Shown: positions 40,287 to 46,022 of the stretch, piece by piece | Position numbering within the stretch: position 1 is the stretch's first letter | Layout of the letters: each line of letters begins with the position of its first letter | Assembly: GCA_035455085.1 (NCBI GenBank) | Contig: DATIFV010000207.1 | Coordinates: 1 to 46,022, forward strand | DNA from: Candidatus Methylomirabilota bacterium | GTDB taxonomy: Bacteria > Methylomirabilota > Methylomirabilia > Rokubacteriales > CSP1-6 | Reading direction: 5' to 3' | DNA length: 46,022 bases | The notes under the pieces: generated by a model | Told to the model about the DNA's origin: nothing | Database searches by the model: none | What the model saw: only the letters and a program-made list of their open reading frames with translations | Position numbers and translations under genes: made by a program

Positions 40287-41509
40287 CCATGACGATGAAC
40301 AGGCGACGGTTTCTCACGGCTGCGGCAGGAGCGGCCGCAGCGGGCGCGGCCACGGTCCCGCTGTGGCGCGGCCGCGCGCGCGCGCAGGCGAAGCCAGTCC
40401 GGATCGGCTACACCCTGTCCGCGACCGGCCCCTACGCGGTGGGCGCCGGCATCACCCAGGCGCCGAACTACACGCTGTGGCAGGAGCAGGTCAACGCCAG
40501 GGGCGGTCTCGCGATCAAGGGCGAAGGACGCCGGCCCATCGAGTTCGTCACCATCGACGACCGCAGCGAGATCGAGACCGCGGTGCGCTTCTACGAGAAG
40601 CTGGCCACCGACGACAAGGTGGACCTGCTGCTGCCGCCGTGGGGCTCGGCGATGAACTTCGCGATCGCCCCGGTGGCCGCCAAGCACGGCTACCCGATGA
40701 TCGGCCCCACCGCCATCTCCGCGAAGTTCAAGGAGCTGGCCCTGCCCTACTTCTACACGATGCTGGTGCAGCCCGAGCCGCAGATGCAGGCGGTGGCCGC
40801 GCTGCTCAAGGAACTGCGTGGCCACGGCAAGATCAAGAAGGTCGCGGTGGCCTACGTGAACGACCTCTTCGGCATCGAGCTGAACGCGGCCACCGGCCCC
40901 GCCTTCAAGGCGGCCGGCCTCGAGGTGGCGGACACCAAGAGCTATCCGCTCGGCGTCAAGGATCTCTCCCCGATCCTCAAGGGCTTCAAGGACGCCGGCG
41001 CCGACGCCTTCGTGGGGCTCACCTATCCGCCGGACAACATGCTCGCCACCGGCCAGGCCAAGGAGGTGGACTGGAACCCGGCCGTCTACTTCACCGGGGT
41101 GGGTACCGCGTTCCCGTTCTTCCGCGACCGCTTCAAGGGCGCGGAGGGGGTGATGGGCATCGCGGGCTGGAACCCCAAGGTGAAGTTCGCGGGAGCCAAG
41201 GAGTACTACGACGCCCACGTGAAGAAGCACCAGAAGGAGCCCGACCGCTGGGCCAGCGCCTTCGCGTACGCGTCGCTGCAGATCCTGGAGCGCTGCGTGG
41301 GCGAGGTCGGCCTCGACCGCCCGAAGATCAAGGCCATGCTCGACGCGACCGAGTTCCAGACGGTGGCCGGCCCCATCAAGTTCTCCAAGGGCGAGAACGT
41401 GGCCACCCCCGGCATGGTCGGCCAGTGGCAGAAGAACGAGTTCGAGCTGCTGTGGCCCAAGGCGCGGGCCACCGGAGCGGCGGTGGTGCCGAAACCGGCC
41501 TGGGCGTGA
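40283..41509 (+). CDS. Periplasmic substrate-binding protein, LivK/type-1 PBP family, Tat signal
   Basis: The ATG overlaps the ATPase stop (ATGA). MTMTMNRRRFLTAAAGAAAAGAA...AQA is a twin-arginine signal. VRIGYTLSATGPYA..., KVDLLLPPWGS... Confidence 0.85.
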   Translation: MTMTMNRRRFLTAAAGAAAAGAATVPLWRGRARAQAKPVRIGYTLSATGPYAVGAGITQAPNYTLWQEQVNARGGLAIKGEGRRPIEFVTIDDRSEIETAVRFYEKLATDDKVDLLLPPWGSAMNFAIAPVAAKHGYPMIGPTAISAKFKELALPYFYTMLVQPEPQMQAVAALLKELRGHGKIKKVAVAYVNDLFGIELNAATGPAFKAAGLEVADTKSYPLGVKDLSPILKGFKDAGADAFVGLTYPPDNMLATGQAKEVDWNPAVYFTGVGTAFPFFRDRFKGAEGVMGIAGWNPKVKFAGAKEYYDAHVKKHQKEPDRWASAFAYASLQILERCVGEVGLDRPKIKAMLDATEFQTVAGPIKFSKGENVATPGMVGQWQKNEFELLWPKARATGAAVVPKPAWA

Positions 41510-42384
41510 CGCTCTCGCCCACGCTCCTGCTGGACGTCGTGGTCGGGGGGTTCACGACCGGGGGCATCTACGCCCTCGTCGCCCTCGGCCTCAATCTCCA
41601 GTACGGCCTCATGCGCGTGCTGAACGTGGCCCACGGCGAGTTCCTGATGCTGGGCGCCTACGTCACGTTCTCCCTGCACACCGGCTGGGGCGTGAACCCG
41701 CTGCTGACCCTGCTGATCACGGGCCCGACGGCCTTCGCCGTCGGGCTCGTGCTCCACCGGCTGCTCTACGCCCGCCTGCTCGGCGGCGAGGCCGCCGAGG
41801 GCCTCGAGTCGCGCTCCCTCCTGCTCTCCTTCGGGCTCATGTTCGTGCTCCAGAACGCGGCCCTGCTGATCTGGAGCGCCGATCTACAGGGCTACAGCTA
41901 CCTCGCGGTCCCCCTGCGCTGGCTCGGCACCGTCTTCCCGGCCAACCGGGTGCTGGCGGCCACGATCGCCCTCGCCCTCGCGGTGGCCTTCTACGTCTAT
42001 CTGCGCTCGAGCCTCACCGGCAAGGCGGTGCGCGCCCTGATGCAGGAGCCGGAGGGGGCGCAGCTCGTGGGCATCCAGACCTCCCGCATCCACGGCCTCT
42101 GCTTCGGCGCGGGGCTCGCGATGTCGGCGGTGACCGGCTCGCTGGTCAGCATGCTCTTCGAGCTGACGCCCTTCATGGGCCTGCCCTACACGGTCACCGC
42201 GCTGGTGGTGGTGATCCTGGGCGGGCTCGGCAACATGCTGGGCTGCCTCCTCGCCGGGCTCTTGCTGGGCCTCGTCGAGACCGCGAGCGTCTACCTCGCC
42301 TCCTCCGACATCCGCCTGATCTCCTCCTACGCGGTGCTCTCGCTGATCCTGATCCTCAAGCCCTCCGGTCTCTTTGGTCGCTAG
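41506..42384 (+). CDS. Branched-chain amino acid-type ABC permease (LivH-like)
   Basis: The GTG overlaps the SBP stop (GTGA). GGIYALVALGLNLQYGLMRVLNVAHGEFLMLGAY..., GLPYTVTALVVVILGGLGNMLG. Confidence 0.85.
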   Translation: MTLSPTLLLDVVVGGFTTGGIYALVALGLNLQYGLMRVLNVAHGEFLMLGAYVTFSLHTGWGVNPLLTLLITGPTAFAVGLVLHRLLYARLLGGEAAEGLESRSLLLSFGLMFVLQNAALLIWSADLQGYSYLAVPLRWLGTVFPANRVLAATIALALAVAFYVYLRSSLTGKAVRALMQEPEGAQLVGIQTSRIHGLCFGAGLAMSAVTGSLVSMLFELTPFMGLPYTVTALVVVILGGLGNMLGCLLAGLLLGLVETASVYLASSDIRLISSYAVLSLILILKPSGLFGR

Positions 42385-43294
42385 GCTGGCCGTCGCCCTC
42401 CTCGGGGCGGCGCTGCTCGCGGCGCCGCACGCGCTGTCCGCCTACCACCGCTCGCTCACCCTGGCCATCCTGGCCGACGTGGCCCTGGCCGTCTCCTGGG
42501 CCTTCTTCTCGGGGCCCACGCGCTATCTCTCGCTGGCCACCGGCGCCTTCTTCGGCGCCGGCGCCTACACCACCGCGGTGGTCATGGCGCGCTTGCCGTG
42601 GCCGGTGCCGGTCCTGGTCGCGGCGGCGGTGGCCGCAGCGATGGCGCTGGTGGTGGGCACGCTCGCGCTGCGGCTGCGCGGGCCCTACTTCGCGGTCTTC
42701 ACCTTCGGCCTCGCCGAGCTGGCCAAGCACACCCTCATCTGGTACGAGACCGGCGTGACCGGGACGGTCGGCCGCCTGCTGCTCAACCCGCCCGGCACGA
42801 TCACCCTCTACTACACCGTGCTCGGGATCGCCGCCCTCGCGGTGGCGACGGCGGTGGGGCTGCCTCGAAGCCGCTGGGGCATCGCCCTGATCGGCATCGG
42901 CGCCGACGAGGAGCGCGCGGAGACGCTCGGCATCGACACCACCCGGATCAAGATCGGGGCCTTCGCCCTGAGCGCGGCCTTCATGGGCGCGGTCGGCGGC
43001 GCGATGGCCCCGCGCTGGACCTACCTGGATCCCCAGGTGTTCAACCCGCTCGTGTCCTTCCAGACCGTGATCATGGCCCTGCTCGGGGGAGCGGGCACCG
43101 TGGTGGGCCCGGTGCTCGGCGCGGTGTTCCTGGGGCTCCTGTCCGAGACCCTGCTCGTGAAGTTCCGCTACTTCTACATGCTGAGCCTCGGGCTGGTGCT
43201 GATCGTGGTGGTGCTGCTGCTACCCGCGGGCCTCGCGGGGCTGGTCCGACGCCGCCACCGGCCGCTTGCCACCGGCCGGTCGCCAAGGCTATAG
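42374..43294 (+). CDS. Branched-chain amino acid-type ABC permease (LivM-like)
   Basis: TTG start overlapping livH-like by 11 nt. YLSLATGAFFGAGAYTTAV..., LRGPYFAVFTFGLAEL..., IGADEERAETLGIDTTRIKIGAFALSAAFMGAVGG. Confidence 0.8.
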   Translation: MVARLAVALLGAALLAAPHALSAYHRSLTLAILADVALAVSWAFFSGPTRYLSLATGAFFGAGAYTTAVVMARLPWPVPVLVAAAVAAAMALVVGTLALRLRGPYFAVFTFGLAELAKHTLIWYETGVTGTVGRLLLNPPGTITLYYTVLGIAALAVATAVGLPRSRWGIALIGIGADEERAETLGIDTTRIKIGAFALSAAFMGAVGGAMAPRWTYLDPQVFNPLVSFQTVIMALLGGAGTVVGPVLGAVFLGLLSETLLVKFRYFYMLSLGLVLIVVVLLLPAGLAGLVRRRHRPLATGRSPRL

Positions 43295-43419
43295 TCGGCG
43301 CCCAGAGGCGGCATTTCTCTCCGGTCGCACGGACGCTCTCCCCCGGCGCGCCTCTTCGGTGAGCAGGGGATGGGCCACGATTCACTCGTACCGATTCCAC
43401 GTCAGCGGAGGAGACGACG

Positions 43420-44400
43420 ATGATGAGAGGACTCGCTGTCCTGGTGATGGTGGTCTCGCTGGGGGCCGGCTGTGCGGGTACGATGACCCCGCCGACCGGT
43501 CCGGGGACCGTGAAGATCACCCCCCTGGGTAGCCACGACGGGGAGTTCTGCGCGCTGGACCGCGCCCTGGTCCTGGAGGATCCCGACGGCACCCGGATCC
43601 TGTACGACACCGGGCTCACCGTCCGCGGGCCGGCCGACCCGCGGCTGGGCAAGATCGACGCGGTCCTGCTCTCGCACGTCCACGGCGACCATCTCGGGTA
43701 CGCTCATCAGCCGGCGGCCAATGCGGGCGAGTGCGGCAAGCCCGATTTCTCGGTCACGGACGCGCCCGCCTCCAACACCGTGAATGTCGCGGTCGGCAAG
43801 CAGGCGCGACTCCTGGTCGGCAGCGACATGGCCGCGTTCCTCGCCGCGAAGGTCAGGACCGCCGGGGGCGATCCCGCCAAGGTCCAGCTCGTCCGCTTCG
43901 GGGCGATGGCGAAGGTCGGCCGCGTGAGCGTGGCCACGGTTCCCGCCGTTCACACCAACGGGGTGGGCCCGGAGTTCCTCGAGAAGAGTCTCGCCGATAC
44001 CCTGCGCGCGAACGGCCTCACCGCGCACGTCGGCCCGCCGACCGGCTACGTGCTGAAGTTCAGCAACGGGCTCGTGGTCTACCTGTCCGGCGACACCGGG
44101 ATCACCGCGGAGCAGGACCTCGTCGTCCGCCAGTACTATCGCGCGAACCTCGCGGTCATCAACATCGGCGACGTGTTCACCACCGGCCCGACCGAGGCGG
44201 CCCACGTCATCAACGAGATGGTCAAGCCCGCCGAGGTCATCCTGTCTCACGCCAACGAGGTGGGCACCAAGGGCGGCCAGGTGGTCGCGGGGAGCCGGAC
44301 CGACACCTTCATCAAGGCGACGAAGGTGCCGGCGCGTGTCCCCCTGAGCGGAAAGACGATGGCATTCGACGGCCGCGGTAAGTGCGTATCCGGTTGCTGA
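43420..44400 (+). CDS. MBL-fold metallo-hydrolase lipoprotein
   Basis: Lipobox VVSLGAGC. Metal motif LLSHVHGDHLG. SD GGAGGAG upstream of ATGATG. Confidence 0.75.
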   Translation: MMRGLAVLVMVVSLGAGCAGTMTPPTGPGTVKITPLGSHDGEFCALDRALVLEDPDGTRILYDTGLTVRGPADPRLGKIDAVLLSHVHGDHLGYAHQPAANAGECGKPDFSVTDAPASNTVNVAVGKQARLLVGSDMAAFLAAKVRTAGGDPAKVQLVRFGAMAKVGRVSVATVPAVHTNGVGPEFLEKSLADTLRANGLTAHVGPPTGYVLKFSNGLVVYLSGDTGITAEQDLVVRQYYRANLAVINIGDVFTTGPTEAAHVINEMVKPAEVILSHANEVGTKGGQVVAGSRTDTFIKATKVPARVPLSGKTMAFDGRGKCVSGC

Positions 44401-45011
44401 TCCGTTCCGCGGCGCTGCTCTCCGCCCTGACGCTGCCGCTGTTCGGGGTGGCGTGGGCCCAGACCGGCCGCGCCGGCGCGCGTGTAATCGGCACCAACGT
44501 CCTGACCGACCCGCCGCGCGGCCCTCTCTACTGGCACCTGGACGCCTATCCGGCGCGGGCGGCGGCCGAAACCGCGCGGGACGCGCGCGGCACCGTGGCG
44601 GAGAGCTTCGGTCGCGTGTGGCTGTTCACCATCGCCGAGGCCGGATGGCGGCCCACCGGCGGGGAGCGCGTGGCCACGATCGGCCCGCTGCCGCTGGCCG
44701 CGCACGGGCGCGTCACCGCCAGCTATCTGGAAGCCGCCACCGCGCCGGGCTTCCAGACCGACGTCCACCTGCACGCCGGACCCGAAGCCCTGTACACGCT
44801 GTCCGGAGCGGTCTGTCTCGAGACACCTCGGGGCAAGCTGGTCGGGCGCGCCGGCGATGAGCCGCTCCTGGTGGCCGGCGGCCAGCCGATGCAGCTCACC
44901 AGCATCGGAACCGAGACGCGCCGCTCCCTCGTCCTCATCCTTCATGACTCCTCGCAGCCCTGGAAGGTGCCGGCCGACGGCTGGCGCCCGAAGGGGCTGT
45001 GCCCCGAGTGA
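44382..45011 (+). CDS. Secreted cupin-like protein
   Basis: Signal peptide (LLIRSAALLSALTLPLFGVAWAQ). C-terminal VHLHAGPEALYTLSGAVCLE...G....LVAGGQPMQL fits the cupin motifs loosely. Start at GTG 44382 or TTG 44394. Confidence 0.5.
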   Translation: MRIRLLIRSAALLSALTLPLFGVAWAQTGRAGARVIGTNVLTDPPRGPLYWHLDAYPARAAAETARDARGTVAESFGRVWLFTIAEAGWRPTGGERVATIGPLPLAAHGRVTASYLEAATAPGFQTDVHLHAGPEALYTLSGAVCLETPRGKLVGRAGDEPLLVAGGQPMQLTSIGTETRRSLVLILHDSSQPWKVPADGWRPKGLCPE

Positions 45012-45418
45012 CGGGTCCGGATCCCGGCGTGGCGGTGCGGATCGTCCGGCTCGGCACCCCGCGGCGCGCGGGCGAGGGCCTGCGCATCGGGACGGTGCGC
45101 CGGCCTCCGCGCGGCGTGCGCCGGGCCGACTACGCGGCGCGAGACTACTACGACGTGTGGCTCCCCGAGCTGTCGCCCACCGCGCCGCTCGTCTCCTTCG
45201 CGCTGTCCAGGCCGTTCACGCCCGCGCGCTGGGCGCTCTACGCCCGCCGCTACCGGCACGAGATGAGCCGGCCGGCCACCCGGCGGCTGATCGCGCTGCT
45301 GGCCGCGCTCTCCTCGCGCACCGACTTCTCGGTCGGCTGTTACTGCGAGGACGAGAGCCGCTGCCATCGCTCGCTGCTCCGGCAGCTGCTGCTCGAGCAG
45401 GGCGCGAAGGTCGTCTGA
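44999..45418 (+). CDS. DUF488 (YeaO-like) family protein
   Basis: VRIVRLGTP...GLRIGTVRRPPRGVRRADYAARDYYDVWLPELSPT...F...RY.HEM... and CYCEDESRCHRSLL match the YeaO-type pattern. The true start may be GTG at 45029, after the cupin stop. Confidence 0.75.
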   Translation: MPRVTGPDPGVAVRIVRLGTPRRAGEGLRIGTVRRPPRGVRRADYAARDYYDVWLPELSPTAPLVSFALSRPFTPARWALYARRYRHEMSRPATRRLIALLAALSSRTDFSVGCYCEDESRCHRSLLRQLLLEQGAKVV

Positions 45419-45441
45419 CGCTGCCTGCCGCGACGGCAGCG
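45419..45441 (+). terminator. Stem-loop directly after the DUF488 stop (no T-tract)
   Basis: CGCTGCC (45419-45425) pairs with GGCAGCG (45435-45441), with a 9-nt loop. Confidence 0.3.
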
Positions 45442-45546
45442 CGGGCCCCATCTGCCCGATCCGCAGGCGCTTCGCGCGCGCCCGCCTTGCCGAACTCCGG
45501 ACGCAAGTAGCCGTCCCGCTTCGCGGAATCCCCGAGCGCGCCCTCC

Positions 45547-45562
45547 TGGCACGCGCTCTGCT
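45547..45562 (+). promoter_or_regulatory. Candidate sigma-54 (-24/-12) promoter, TGGCACGCGCTCTGCT
   Basis: Perfect -24 block TGGCACG, GG-N10-GC spacing, -12 block CTGCT (one T-to-C mismatch). Intergenic, upstream of a 34-codon ORF and mgsA. Confidence 0.45.
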
Positions 45563-45659
45563 AGTCCTCGTCGCGAGCACTTAATCGCACCGTCGCGAAA
45601 TCCGGAGCGCCGTCGCCGTACGATGACAGCGCTCATTCTCTCGAGGAGGATCTACCGAC

Positions 45660-45764
45660 ATGACCGAGAAGGACGGCAGCACGGCCCTCGGCGATCACGC
45701 GGTGGCCGCCCGGTGCCTCCGGGTCGGCGCGCAGCTCGCGCCGGCCGGGCGGAAGGGAGCCTAG
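45660..45764 (+). CDS. Possible 34-codon upstream ORF/leader peptide before mgsA (speculative)
   Basis: An ATG preceded by GAGGAGGA at about 10 nt. Ends at a TAG 3 nt before the mgsA ATG. Composition is not distinctive and I recognise no homology. Confidence 0.2.
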   Translation: MTEKDGSTALGDHAVAARCLRVGAQLAPAGRKGA

Positions 45765-45767
45765 CCC

Positions 45768-46022
45768 ATGCCGCAGAAGCTGGCCCTGATCGCGCACGAC
45801 AACAAGAAGGTGGATCTGGTCGCGTGGGCGACCTTCAACCGCGAGACCCTCGCCGCATTCCCGCTCGTGGCCACCGGACACACCGCCCGGCTCGTGCGGG
45901 ACAAGGTCGGACTCGACGTCGAGGAGCTGCTGAGCGGACCGGAGGGCGGCGACGCCCAGATCGCGGCGGGCGTCGCCACCCGGGAGATCGACGCGGTCTT
46001 CTTCTTCGTCGACCCGCTCTTC
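45768..46022 (+). CDS. mgsA: Methylglyoxal synthase, N-terminal 85 codons (3' end outside the window)
   Basis: MPQKLALIAHDNKKVDLVAWA...LVATGHTARLV...LLSGPEGGDAQIAAGVATREIDAVFFFVDPL matches the MgsA core (IALIAHD.KK, ATGTTG-like, SGP.GGD.QI, FF.DPL). GGAAGGGAG SD. Not in the track because it is open at the window edge. Confidence 0.85.
   Translation, partial: MPQKLALIAHDNKKVDLVAWATFNRETLAAFPLVATGHTARLVRDKVGLDVEELLSGPEGGDAQIAAGVATREIDAVFFFVDPLF

Noticed and set aside
1-46022. Genomic island, prophage or mobile-element boundaries, and known defence systems.
   Set aside because: I found no integrase, transposase, recombinase or phage structural genes, no flanking tRNA, and no long direct or inverted terminal repeats. 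I found no recognisable restriction, CBASS, toxin-antitoxin or similar modules. The GC-poorer pockets are short intergenic promoter regions rather than island-scale shifts.

Overview
High-GC (about 70% by eye, not computed), gene-dense chromosomal segment from a diderm-type bacterium, as shown by a TonB-dependent receptor, MacAB-like efflux genes, lipoproteins and Tat/Sec signals. I can support about 57 protein-coding genes. I recognised no rRNA, tRNA, CRISPR array, transposase, integrase or phage genes. The many very long Arg/Pro/Gly/Ala-rich ORFs in the six-frame track are shadow frames of the real genes. Left to right: MFP + ABC ATPase + two FtsX permeases; D-aminoacylase; a 4-gene SPFH/zinc-ribbon module behind a -24/-12 promoter; two minus-strand hypotheticals; RidA + TonB receptor + cyclophilin-like protein; a roughly 5.6-kb minus-strand string (Cache-like sensor, ECF sigma, anti-sigma/MGMT/Ada-zinc fusion, three small mostly membrane proteins, VOC-fold protein, small anchored protein, Sel1-repeat protein); Zn-ADH; M28 peptidase; enolase-superfamily enzyme; SUI1/YciH; ABM monooxygenase; AT-hook protein followed by a 43-bp tandem duplication; SpoU methyltransferase; DUF72; NHEJ locus (LigD divergent from Ku, with Ku coupled to a MerR-HTH/TPR protein); amidase with a small GatC/AtzG-like partner; assorted oxidoreductases and a TPP enzyme; a LIV-type ABC importer; MBL lipoprotein, cupin, DUF488; and the start of mgsA. 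The most interesting item is the ECF sigma factor translationally coupled to a soluble anti-sigma. That anti-sigma carries both alkyl-acceptor modules of Ada (an MGMT domain with PCHR, and an N-Ada-type Cys4 zinc site) behind a ZAS-type H-x3-C-x2-C motif. Second is the Psp/YdjGHI-like SPFH module, together with five intergenic sigma-54-type promoter matches. All coordinates were derived by hand from the ORF track and the sequence. Start codons are the least certain part.
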